From Chloroflexota bacterium (lineage in GTDB: Bacteria; Chloroflexota; Dehalococcoidia; Lucifugimonadales; JADFKI01), in contig JAQBUT010000034.1 of assembly GCA_027623195.1 (NCBI GenBank), forward strand, positions 1 to 27,003: a DNA stretch of 27,003 nucleotides. The letters run 5' to 3'. The position numbers were made by a program, and so were the translations under genes. The notes under the pieces are model-generated. The model saw nothing but the letters and a program-made list of their open reading frames with translations. It was not told the origin of the DNA and did no database searches. Position 1 is the stretch's first letter; each line of letters begins with the position of its first letter. Below, one piece after another: positions 1 through 8,649 of the stretch.

Positions 1-320
1 CACTCTACCTGCCTATAGTCTCCACTAATTTCAGGTCCATTTGTGTCCCACTTTCGCTGACGGTCTACATATGCGGGGCACTTGGACGTCGGCAATTCCA
101 CCTAAATCCAGTACCACGCTAACCCGATGTCTTTAATTTATATGAACATGGTGAAATAACTTATGTAAATGAAGTGAACTATGAGGACAGATCGTGAACA
201 GGTATGACAATGGTTTCTTCCGTAAAAAAGGATTATGAGCCTCTTGAAGCCTCGAATAGAGCTTTCTTACGAATGCTGGCCCATTTTAAGAACTGTAAAA
301 TATGATGTAGCTAAAAGGTA

Positions 321-361
321 CAAATAATAGGCGACCACCTGATATTTCAAATGGTCGCCTA
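321..361 (-). terminator. Probable intrinsic terminator of the thiolase gene
   Basis: Minus strand reads TAGGCGACCATTTGA-AATA-TCAGGTGGTCGCCTA (15-bp stem; the two non-Watson-Crick positions are G-U pairs only on this strand), then TTATTTG. Lies 65 nt downstream of the thiolase stop. Confidence 0.75.
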
Positions 362-425
362 CGCCCAATTTTGGGGGCCTAATTGCCGAAGCTCAAATCC
401 AAATGGTAGCGCTAATTGATTGAGA

Positions 426-1613
426 TTAGCCAATCCGCTCAAATATGGTAGCAACTCCCTGTCCGCCGCCGACGCACATGGTGACGAGTCCCAAATTATC
501 GTCACGCAACGCCATCTCTTCCATGAGCTTCACCGTCATGATGGCGCCAGTGGCCCCAACGGGATGGCCCAGGCTTATGCCGCTACCGTTTACGTTGGTC
601 TTGTCCATGTCCATGTCCAGTTCGCGTATGCAGTACAGGGCCTGAGATGCGAAGGCCTCGTTTAGCTCGATAAGGTCAATATCACCCATATTCATACCGG
701 CCTTGCCCAGCGCCTTGCGCACCGCCGGCACAGGTCCCGTGCCCATGATTGCGGGCTCCACGCCTGCTACGCCACGGGTGTGCCATCGAAGCTTGGCTTT
801 CAGACCCAACTCGGCCGCCTTGGCAGCGGACATCATGACCACCGCAGCAGCGCCGTCGTTAATGCTCGATGCGTTGCCTGCCGTCACGGAGCCGCCGTCC
901 TTGAACACAGGCCTGAGCCCAGCTAGCCTCTCCAGAGTTGTGTCCTCGCGAGGTCCCTCGTCCAGCGTTACGACGATAGGGTCGCCTCTTCGTTGCGGTA
1001 ACGTCGCCTCGGTAATCTGCGATTCGAATCTGCCTTCTTTAACGGCCTTTACGGCCCTCTGATGACTAAGCAGGGCCAGCTGGTCCTGGTCCTCTCGGCT
1101 TACGTTGAAGCGGTCGGCCACGTTCTCGGCGGTTACGCCCATATGGTAGCGGTTGACCGGGCATCCCAGACCTTCAACCAGCCCATCCCTAAGGTTCACA
1201 TCGCCCATACGGAGGCCATCGAACCGCGCTCGGTGGTCCAAGAGGTACGGCGCCTGGCTCATGTTCTCCAGCCCACCGGCGACCACAATTTCCGCCTCGC
1301 CACTGCGTATTAGCAACGCTGCCAAATTGATGGCTTCCAGGCCGGACGAGCACTGGCGATTGATTGCAATGGTCGGCGTTTCTTCGGGAATGCCGGACTT
1401 CAGCGTGGCGAGCCTCGCCGCGTAGCCAGCCTCAGCAGCCTGCAGCGCGTTACCCAACACCACCTCGTCCACCTGGTCCGGGCGAATGCCGGCGCGTTCC
1501 AGGGCAGCCTTGATAGCTATGGCTCCCAACTCGGGTGCCGGGGTGTCCTTGAAGGAGCCACCGAACCGGCCCACTGCCGTGCGCGCTCCGCTTATGATTA
1601 CTGCGTCCTGCAT
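426..1613 (-). CDS. Acetyl-CoA C-acetyltransferase (thiolase)
   Basis: Thiolase motifs INRQCSSG (catalytic Cys), NEAFA, GHPVGATG, TMCVGGGQG. Start moved to ATG at 1613 (MQDAVIISGART), which has an AAGGAG RBS upstream. Confidence 0.95.
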   Translation of the reverse strand: MQDAVIISGARTAVGRFGGSFKDTPAPELGAIAIKAALERAGIRPDQVDEVVLGNALQAAEAGYAARLATLKSGIPEETPTIAINRQCSSGLEAINLAALLIRSGEAEIVVAGGLENMSQAPYLLDHRARFDGLRMGDVNLRDGLVEGLGCPVNRYHMGVTAENVADRFNVSREDQDQLALLSHQRAVKAVKEGRFESQITEATLPQRRGDPIVVTLDEGPREDTTLERLAGLRPVFKDGGSVTAGNASSINDGAAAVVMMSAAKAAELGLKAKLRWHTRGVAGVEPAIMGTGPVPAVRKALGKAGMNMGDIDLIELNEAFASQALYCIRELDMDMDKTNVNGSGISLGHPVGATGAIMTVKLMEEMALRDDNLGLVTMCVGGGQGVATIFERIG

Positions 1614-1790
1614 ATTCTTATAGCTCCTTGTGTGGGATATATTCACTGGACAAGGGCATTCTGTAGCCCTATACATCTCGTTTATCCACTAAAAGTCAGC
1701 ATAACATTTCTCGGGAACCGCTGAAAACCCTGGATTCGACCGCAGCCTTCATTGCCCGGACGCCTTTTCTGTACTATCCATTAGGCCCTA

Positions 1791-1822
1791 TGCTATTCTT
1801 AGGGCAGTTTAGAACATGAGGT
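1791..1822 (+). promoter_or_regulatory. Putative extended -10 promoter and RBS of selB
   Basis: TGcTATTCT at 1791-1799; GAGGT at 1818-1822 ahead of ATG 1832. Confidence 0.4.
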
Positions 1823-1831
1823 CGCGTCTGT

Positions 1832-3694
1832 ATGTACGTCATCGGCACGGCGGGCCACGTAGACCACGGCAAGTCCACGCTGGTGGAGGCGCTAACGGGC
1901 ATTGACCCAGACCGGCTGCGCGAGGAGAAGGAGCGCGGCATGACCATCGACCTGGGTTTTGCCTGGCTCCAGATGCCCAGCGGCAACGAAGTCAGCATCA
2001 TCGACGTGCCAGGTCACGAACGCTTCGTAAACAATATGTTGGCTGGCGTGGGGGGCATCGACCTCGGCCTGCTGGTTGTGGCCGCCGACGAGTCGGTGAT
2101 GCCACAGACTCGCGAGCACCTTGCCATTTTGGACCTGCTTCAGATTAAGGGCGGCCTGGTTGCCTTGACCAAAATGGACCTGGTAGACAAAGACTGGCTT
2201 GAACTAGTCTCCGCAGAAATCGAAGAGGTCCTGGAAGGCACGGTCCTGGAAGGTTCCGGCATATACCCGGTCTCCGCCCTAACCGGCGAGGGCTTGCCCG
2301 AACTCGTTTCCGCCATTGACGCTATGCTGACCGAGACCCCGGTGAAGCGCGACGTAGGGCGACCACGCTTGCCTATCGATCGAGCCTTCTCCATAGCTGG
2401 TTTCGGCACCGTGGTCACCGGCACGCTGATAGATGGCACGCTACGCGTCGGACAGGAGGTCGAGCTGGTCGTTTCGGGCCAGTCGACGCGCCTTCGAGGG
2501 CTGCAAACCCACCGTCAGAAGCAAGACGTGGTCCAGCCAGGCACCCGCGTCGCCGCCAACCTCATCGGCATTTCGCAGGAAGACGTCATGCGCGGGGAGG
2601 TGCTGACCATACCCGGCTGGTTGAAACCTACCGAGGCCATGGACGTGCACTTGCGGGTAATACCCGATGCGCCGCATGCCCTTCGACACAACATGGAAGT
2701 TACCGTGCACACCGGCAGCAGCGAGGTTCTGGGCCGGTTACGCTTGCTGGAAAGTGACGTTGCGCAGCCGGGCGAGTCCACCTGGGCCCAACTCAAGTTG
2801 GATAAACCTCTGGCCGTGGTCAAAGGAGACTATTACGTAATACGGTCCAACCAGACCACTCTTGGCGGAGGCAACATCGTCGAGACCCACGTCCGCAGGC
2901 ACCGACGGATGCACGCGCCTACGCTGGAACGGCTGGCCATCATGGAGCAGGGCTCCGACACCGATGTCCTGCTTACCACTATCGAATCGTCTCAGCCCGC
3001 TGCCTTCAACGATTTAGTAAAGATGGCAAACATGAGTCCTGACGCCGTGAGGTCCGAGCTAGAAAGCATGGCCTCGGAGGCTGCCGTTGTAACGCTAGGC
3101 AGCGGCAAGATTGGACCCGGTATGTACGCATACACTGCCGCCGGATGGAGCGCTCTCGGCCGTCAGGCGCAGGTCGCACTTCAGGGCTACTACAAGCAGT
3201 TCCCCCTTCGCCGGGGCGCGCCGAAAGAGGAGTTGCGCAGCAGGCTCAAGATTACCCCTCAGGTATTCAACTTCGCGCTGCCTCGACTGGAGCAGGACGG
3301 GGTTGTGACTGAGGAAGGCACCCTGGTTCGTCTGCCGGATTACGAACCCGCATTGAGCGACGCCCAAAAGAAGGTCGTGGAGGCATACCTGAAGAAGCTG
3401 GAATCAGACCCCTATTCGCCACCAACCGACGCCCACCCCGAAGCAGAGGTGGTAAACCTTCTGGTTGAAGAGGGGCGCGTGGTTAAGGTGGACGACGCCG
3501 TGGTTTTCTCAGCTTCGGCCTACGCAGGCATGGTGGAGCAGGTTTCCAAGCACATAAACGACAATGGAGAGATCACCGTCGCCAACGTCCGCGATCTTTT
3601 TGGCACCAGCCGCAAATACGCCGTAGCGCTGATGGACCACATGGACCAGCAGCGCATCACCCGTCGCGTCGGCGACGCCCGCGTGCTGCGCTAG
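1832..3694 (+). CDS. selB: Selenocysteine-specific translation elongation factor SelB
   Basis: [12 protein letters not shown]-loop, [27 protein letters not shown]-Tu-like barrels plus a long C-terminal winged-helix extension ending in the SECIS-binding motif TSRKYA...RRVGD. Confidence 0.96.
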   Translation: MYVIGTAGHVDHGKSTLVEALTGIDPDRLREEKERGMTIDLGFAWLQMPSGNEVSIIDVPGHERFVNNMLAGVGGIDLGLLVVAADESVMPQTREHLAILDLLQIKGGLVALTKMDLVDKDWLELVSAEIEEVLEGTVLEGSGIYPVSALTGEGLPELVSAIDAMLTETPVKRDVGRPRLPIDRAFSIAGFGTVVTGTLIDGTLRVGQEVELVVSGQSTRLRGLQTHRQKQDVVQPGTRVAANLIGISQEDVMRGEVLTIPGWLKPTEAMDVHLRVIPDAPHALRHNMEVTVHTGSSEVLGRLRLLESDVAQPGESTWAQLKLDKPLAVVKGDYYVIRSNQTTLGGGNIVETHVRRHRRMHAPTLERLAIMEQGSDTDVLLTTIESSQPAAFNDLVKMANMSPDAVRSELESMASEAAVVTLGSGKIGPGMYAYTAAGWSALGRQAQVALQGYYKQFPLRRGAPKEELRSRLKITPQVFNFALPRLEQDGVVTEEGTLVRLPDYEPALSDAQKKVVEAYLKKLESDPYSPPTDAHPEAEVVNLLVEEGRVVKVDDAVVFSASAYAGMVEQVSKHINDNGEITVANVRDLFGTSRKYAVALMDHMDQQRITRRVGDARVLR

Positions 3695-3700
3695 GCGCGG

Positions 3701-3771
3701 CAGTTATTAGTAATCAGTTCTTAGTTTTTGGTTGCGCCCCACCCCGGGATCACTAATAACTAGGTACTTAG
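3701..3771. repeat. Short heptamer-periodic inverted repeat between selB and nurA
   Basis: CAGTTAT/TAGTAAT/CAGTTCT/TAGTTTT units. AGTTATTAGTAATC (3702-3715) is a 13/14 inverted match to GATCACTAATAACT (3748-3761). Confidence 0.6.
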
Positions 3772-3785
3772 ATCCAGGAACTCTA

Positions 3786-4994
3786 ATGTCCCTTGACCTA
3801 ACGAGCACCGCGCTTCAGATCGACAGCATGGCTGTAGAACTTAAGGGGCGCAACAACGAGAAGTTTCGCCGCCTGCAGACCGCCGTGGATGCTATCGGCG
3901 ACTTCGACGTGGACGCCTATCAAGACAAGTTGGAGCAGAGCGGCTCCTCCGTCCTCTGGAACGTACCATCGTTTACCGGCGACCCATCCAAGAGCTACCC
4001 ACCCGCACCTATACCCGAGGACTTCTGCGTGGTTGCGGTGGACGGCTCTCACATTGACATAGATCGACACCTGCCGGCCCGCTGCTACCTGATAAACACC
4101 GGCACCGTCTACCTGCGTTACGGCTCACAGTCGGACGCGGACCTGTCCAGCCAGCCTCGACTTTATGCTGAGGAGGACGAATTGGTAATAAGAGACCACA
4201 ACGCACCCTACCGACAGCAGAACATCGACGGGGCTTTGCTGGGAGCCAAACGCGGCGTGGAGGAGATCAAGGCGCTGGTCCACGCCCTGCACAACACGCC
4301 TAAAGACGTGCCAACGGTGGGCCTCGTGGACGGCACGCTGGTCATGTTCGGGCTGCAGCAATACCCTGACTTCGTAGTACGGGAACTGGTGGACAACGGC
4401 TTCGTGAGCGCCCTGGAGGAGTTACGACAGATGGCAGCGGAGCGTCCGCTGGCCGTGGGGAGCTACATCAGCCTTCCCCGGGCCGGAGAGGTGGCCAACG
4501 CCCTTCGATTACAGGCCTGTCCTTTCGACGTTGCCGCGTGCGAGCAAAATTGCGGCCAGATTCCGGCACGTGAGCGGGCGTGCGACAAGGCTGTCGGCGG
4601 CCTAATAGACCGCGAGATATTTTCGGACTTTTTGGACAAGGGGCACAGGTCATCGGTTTTCAAAAGTAATCATCCTACCGTGTCGAGAAATTACCAGGGG
4701 CACGGCATACACTTCTTTTACGTGAACACCGGCGAGGAGATCGGCCGGGTGGAAGTCCCCTCCTGGGTGGCGGAGAACGAAGGTTCACTGGAACTGGTCC
4801 ACGCTCTGGTGATCGACCAGTGCCGCCGTGGGCCCGGCTACCCCGTCGCGCTGATGGAGGCCCACGAGCAGGCAGTCGTCACAGGCGTAGACCGTCGCTA
4901 CTTCGTAGAACTGGTGGAACAGGCCCTGTACGACCAGCGCTTGCCGACCTACTCGTCTGAGAAGAACATTTCCAAACGGCAGAAGTGGATTTAA
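3786..4994 (+). CDS. nurA: NurA-family nuclease (RNase H-like fold)
   Basis: VAVDGS, LVDGTL and GYPVALMEAHEQA motifs typical of NurA; lies upstream of herA. Start placed at ATG 3786 (MSLDL) after AGGA. Confidence 0.88.
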   Translation: MSLDLTSTALQIDSMAVELKGRNNEKFRRLQTAVDAIGDFDVDAYQDKLEQSGSSVLWNVPSFTGDPSKSYPPAPIPEDFCVVAVDGSHIDIDRHLPARCYLINTGTVYLRYGSQSDADLSSQPRLYAEEDELVIRDHNAPYRQQNIDGALLGAKRGVEEIKALVHALHNTPKDVPTVGLVDGTLVMFGLQQYPDFVVRELVDNGFVSALEELRQMAAERPLAVGSYISLPRAGEVANALRLQACPFDVAACEQNCGQIPARERACDKAVGGLIDREIFSDFLDKGHRSSVFKSNHPTVSRNYQGHGIHFFYVNTGEEIGRVEVPSWVAENEGSLELVHALVIDQCRRGPGYPVALMEAHEQAVVTGVDRRYFVELVEQALYDQRLPTYSSEKNISKRQKWI

Positions 4995-5073
4995 ATTTTT
5001 GGAACAACTCCGACGTCATGCCTGCGGACCATCTATGGCACAGAAAGAGCATTGGAATATGACGGCGCAGTCC

Positions 5074-5136
5074 TTCGACAAGCTCAGGACGAGCGTTTCA
5101 TTTAGGTATCGTTGGTGGTGAGCCCGTCGAACCACA
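5074..5136. repeat. REP-like imperfect palindromic element, copy 1
   Basis: TTCGACAAGCTCAGGACGAGCG-N14-CGTTGGTGGTGAGCCCGTCGAA; related copies at 12085 and 17293. Confidence 0.75.
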
Positions 5137-5173
5137 AGCCTCCAATCAACGAATCGGCGGACAAGGAACTAGC

Positions 5174-5785
5174 ATGAACGACGTTAACGGCAACGGAACT
5201 GCCACAACCACCCGCCTGGGTGAGGTCATCGAAGGCTCGACCACCGAGTTTCGGACGCACTGTTACGACCTTTACGCCGCGCCGCCGTTGGGAAGCCTGG
5301 TTCGCTGCGGAGATGGCGATTCCGCTTACGGCATCGTCTGCGACGTGGCCACGCAAAGCATGGACCCGTCCCGCCACGCCATCCCCCGGGGTCGGGACTC
5401 GGAGGACGAGGAGGACGTGTACCTGAGCAACCCTCAGTTGACGCGCCTGCTGTATACCCAGTTTCAGGCGGTTATCGTTGGCTACGAAGACGGGCCGGGC
5501 ATTCAGCGGTACCTGCCGCCGTTCCCACCAAGAATCCACTCCTTCGTCTACGACTGCAGCACTGAGGAGGTCAGGACTTTCAGCGAATCCCTGGATTTCC
5601 TTCCTATCCTTCTGTCGCCGTCCATTAACGCGCAGGACGATGTGATAGCGTCCTTTCTGCGCATCGCCGGAGCCTGTCACGTAGACAGCAACGTCTTCCT
5701 TGTTAATGCAGGCAAGACGCTGGCCACGCTGATGGCCGGGCAACTACCCCGCCTCAACAACGTCCTCAGGAGAATCTCCCCATGA
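5174..5785 (+). CDS. Stand-alone HAS-barrel domain protein
   Basis: N-terminal half visibly aligns with the HerA N-terminal barrel (LGEVIEGSTTE vs LGMVVAGSLTE; YGIVCDVATQSMDPS vs FGVLTDVSLNSTDPS). AAGGA RBS; stop overlaps the herA start (ATGA). Confidence 0.8.
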   Translation: MNDVNGNGTATTTRLGEVIEGSTTEFRTHCYDLYAAPPLGSLVRCGDGDSAYGIVCDVATQSMDPSRHAIPRGRDSEDEEDVYLSNPQLTRLLYTQFQAVIVGYEDGPGIQRYLPPFPPRIHSFVYDCSTEEVRTFSESLDFLPILLSPSINAQDDVIASFLRIAGACHVDSNVFLVNAGKTLATLMAGQLPRLNNVLRRISP

Positions 5786-7500
5786 ATTTTTTCCCAGATC
5801 CAACCGAGGATCAACAAGATAAGCGAAACGCGATGGGCGGCAAAGGCTGGCACCCTGAGGATGTGACGGGCGATGCCGTACGCAAACCCCTGGGTATGGT
5901 GGTGGCCGGTTCGCTCACCGAGGGCATGGAGGTCCGTCTGGATGGGGCAACGTCTATAGAGAAGATCAAAGTTGGCACCTTCGTGAACATTCAGGGCCGC
6001 GATCTGCAATTCTTCGGCGTGCTCACGGACGTTTCGCTAAACTCGACCGACCCCAGCTTGCGCCTCACCCCGCCCGACGTATCAAACCCTTTCATCTTCG
6101 ACGTGATCTCCGGGACGACAGCCTACGGCACCATCACGGTTGAGCCGATGCTTACCCTGAGCAACGACCCCATAGAAGCAATGGACGGAGCCCTGCCATC
6201 CAAGACGATACCGCCGCACTTCTCTAAGGTGGCCACCGCTTCCGAAAACGACATCCAGAAGATATTCGGCTCGGAGGACGATAGCCACTTTTACATTGGC
6301 ACCCCGTTGGATATGGACACGAAGCTGTGTCTGAACATCGAGGAGTTCGTGAAGCGCAGCAATGGGGTGTTCGGCAAGAGCGGCACAGGCAAGACATTCC
6401 TGACCCGGCTTCTGCTTATCGGCATCCTGCAGAACGGCACAGCCAGCAACCTGGTATTCGATATGCACGGCGAGTACGGCTGGAAGGGCACAAGTGAGGG
6501 CTCGCGCGAGGTGAAAGGGTTAAAGCAGCTCTTCTCCTCCAAGGTGGCCGTCTTCTCGTTGGACGACGAGAGTTCACGGCGACGCGGCCTGACGCCCGAT
6601 TACGTGGTGCGCATTGGCTACGACGAGATCGAGCCTGAGGACATTCAAGTGCTCCGTGAGTCGCTGAGTTTATCCGATGTTGCCGCCGATGCTTCATACT
6701 CGTTGAAGCGCAAGTTCGGCAAGGGGTGGTTGCGGAAATTCCTGGCCTACCCTGGCGGCGAGGAGTTCGGCGAGCTGGCCCGAGAGCTTAACGTCAACGA
6801 CCGCGCCCTGAGCACACTGAAGAATCGCCTGGAACGCCTGCAGCGGTTCGACTTCATCGATGAGTCCGGCGGGCACAACTCGGTCAACCAGATCCTCCAG
6901 TACCTTAACAGGGGCATGCACGTCGTCCTGGAATTTGGCAGGTACGGCAACCATCTTGAGGCCTACATGCTGGTGGCGAACCTTGTCACGCGCCGTATCT
7001 ACGACAGGTACACGAGGCTGAAAGAGGAGGCCATGGGTGATCCCAGCCAGGAGCCTCGGCCTCTGGTCATCACCATAGAGGAGGCGCACAAGTTCCTGAG
7101 TCCCAGCCTTGCCGACCAGACTATCTTCGGGAACATCGCTCGCGAGCTTCGCAAATACAACGTCACGCTACTGGTTGTCGACCAGCGCCCCAGCGGCATC
7201 GACGACGAGGTCATGAGCCAGTTGGGAACGAAGATCGCCTGCCTGCTGGACAACGATAAGGACACGGACGCGGTGCTAACGGGGGTATCGGGTAGCCGGA
7301 AGCTAAGGTCTGTTCTGTCCAGGCTGGAGTCGAAGCAACAAGCGCTGGTGTTTGGCCACGCCGTGCCCATGCCAGTGGTCATAAGGACGCGGGATTACGG
7401 AACTGCGGAGTCTTACAAGGAATTAGGTTTCAAAGATGAGGCGGAACTGGCTATCCAGGTGGAGCAAGACATCGAAGACCTGTTTGGGCCAGGCAGCTAA
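5782..7500 (+). CDS. herA: HerA/FtsK-superfamily ATPase (HerA helicase/translocase)
   Basis: N-terminal HAS barrel, Walker A GKSGTGKT, FDMHGEY, Walker B VITIEEAH, RELRKY and DQRP motifs. Confidence 0.92.
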   Translation: MNFFPDPTEDQQDKRNAMGGKGWHPEDVTGDAVRKPLGMVVAGSLTEGMEVRLDGATSIEKIKVGTFVNIQGRDLQFFGVLTDVSLNSTDPSLRLTPPDVSNPFIFDVISGTTAYGTITVEPMLTLSNDPIEAMDGALPSKTIPPHFSKVATASENDIQKIFGSEDDSHFYIGTPLDMDTKLCLNIEEFVKRSNGVFGKSGTGKTFLTRLLLIGILQNGTASNLVFDMHGEYGWKGTSEGSREVKGLKQLFSSKVAVFSLDDESSRRRGLTPDYVVRIGYDEIEPEDIQVLRESLSLSDVAADASYSLKRKFGKGWLRKFLAYPGGEEFGELARELNVNDRALSTLKNRLERLQRFDFIDESGGHNSVNQILQYLNRGMHVVLEFGRYGNHLEAYMLVANLVTRRIYDRYTRLKEEAMGDPSQEPRPLVITIEEAHKFLSPSLADQTIFGNIARELRKYNVTLLVVDQRPSGIDDEVMSQLGTKIACLLDNDKDTDAVLTGVSGSRKLRSVLSRLESKQQALVFGHAVPMPVVIRTRDYGTAESYKELGFKDEAELAIQVEQDIEDLFGPGS

Positions 7501-7505
7501 GGGAT

Positions 7506-7829
7506 ATGTGAATTGGATATGTCGCGATCGAAGAAATACCACGCAAATTTATCGACAACTAGTTTGAATTTTCGCTTCATGCGGTAGACAACAGCATCGT
7601 TAGGCACATATCCGTTGAAGAGTTGAGGCAAGCTATAGCTGACGGAGAAGTGATCGAAAATTATCCTGATGACAAATACGGACCCAGCTGCCTTTTATAA
7701 GGCTATACTGAATTAGGAAGGCCTATTCATATTAATTGCAGCCACCCAACTAGAGATTTGATCTGCCTCATCACGCTATACGAGCCCGATGAGGCAGATT
7801 GGATTGAGTTCAGAAACCTGAGAGGTTGA
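7506..7829 (+). pseudogene. DUF4258-family putative toxin, inactivated by in-frame stops
   Basis: One frame reads IEEIPRKFIDN*FEFSLHAVDNSIVRHISVEELRQAIADGEVIENYPDDKYGPSCLL*GYTELGRPIHINCSHPTRDLICLITLYEPDEADW. TAG at 7560-7562 and TAA at 7698-7700; the only in-frame ATG (7506) is immediately followed by TGA. Confidence 0.85.
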
Positions 7830-7830
7830 C

Positions 7831-8061
7831 GTGAAGTGCGATACCTGCGGAGGTAACCTCGCAAATAAGGAAGTTACATATCGCATCGAACTAGATGGCC
7901 GATTAATAGTCGTTGAAAACGTGCCAGCAAGGGTTTCCAGCCAATGTGGCGAGACCTATTTCAGTGGGCCTACGGTGGAGCGCATCCAGAAAACGGCCTG
8001 GGATCAGCAAGCTCCATCTAGAATTATAGAGACTGCGGTTTTCGATTTCGCCAATACGTGA
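7831..8061 (+). CDS. YgiT/MqsA-type zinc-finger protein (putative antitoxin partner, possibly degenerate)
   Basis: MKCDTCGG...VENVPARVSSQCGETYF; starts 1 nt after the DUF4258 stop. The second CxxC has Ser in place of its first Cys. Confidence 0.8.
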   Translation: MKCDTCGGNLANKEVTYRIELDGRLIVVENVPARVSSQCGETYFSGPTVERIQKTAWDQQAPSRIIETAVFDFANT

Positions 8062-8082
8062 TTGGCTGTTCGGGCCGGGCAG

Positions 8083-8445
8083 CTAGATACCTAGCTCCTC
8101 TAGCCTGTCGTCATCGATGCCGAAGTGGTGCGCCAACTCGTGAACTACCGTTTCCCGCACCTCCTTGATTATCTCCTCGTGGGTGGTGCAGATCTCTTCG
8201 ATGGACTTCTGGAAAATCGTTATCTTGTCCGGCAACACCATGCCATAGTCGCTGCGTTCCGTTAGCGGAAGGCCCTCGTAGAGACCAAGCAGCAAATGAT
8301 CTTTCTCTATTCCTGAGCCAACAAGCTGCTCATTCGTCGGCGACTCTTCCACCACCAGGTCCACATTATCTAAGTGTCTCCTGATCTCGGGCGGAATCAG
8401 TCCCAATGCTTCGCGAACTAGCTTCTCGAATTCTTTCGTTTCCAT
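8083..8445 (-). CDS. Zincin-like metallopeptidase family protein (minimal zincin, DUF1025-like)
   Basis: LLGLYEG.P, PDKITIFQ and TVVHELAHHFG (HExxH) motifs. Confidence 0.9.
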   Translation of the reverse strand: METKEFEKLVREALGLIPPEIRRHLDNVDLVVEESPTNEQLVGSGIEKDHLLLGLYEGLPLTERSDYGMVLPDKITIFQKSIEEICTTHEEIIKEVRETVVHELAHHFGIDDDRLEELGI

Positions 8446-8543
8446 ACCTCAAAGTTTAGCAGAAGAATTCAACCAATTCACATATTGCGATGGGCAATTG
8501 CTCCTCTTCGTGCAGCCGTAGTCGGATGTAAACGCCAACCATC

Positions 8544-8572
8544 TTGACCCTCCGCAACGTGTGGGATATCGT
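8544..8572 (+). promoter_or_regulatory. Putative sigma70-type promoter of the dehydratase gene
   Basis: TTGACC-N17-TATCGT. Confidence 0.5.
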
Positions 8573-8649
8573 AAGGCCACCTCATCGAATAGGCAGGCAA
8601 GCGGTATCCCTCGTCATCCGCGAATTAGTCAAAAGCAGAGAATGGGAGA

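Noticed and set aside
1..320. AT-rich left end with short open frames running off the edge
   Set aside because: No recognisable protein motif or RNA structure; probably the upstream region of a gene outside the window.
1720..1743. GCTGA...CTGGATTCGAC resembles the 5' end of tmRNA
   Set aside because: No GGGG 5' acceptor strand, no 3' tRNA-like end, and under 100 nt of space before selB.
1811..1824. AGAAC-ATGA-GGTCG, one mismatch from a GAAC-N4-GTTC LexA box, upstream of selB-nurA-herA
   Set aside because: The mismatch is in the core, the sequence is explained by the GAGGT RBS, and I saw no such boxes before recQ or mutL.
7506..7511. ATG-TGA at the DUF4258 start as possible selenocysteine readthrough, given selB nearby
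   Set aside because: The same frame also has TAG and TAA stops and no evident SECIS hairpin; decay explains it better.
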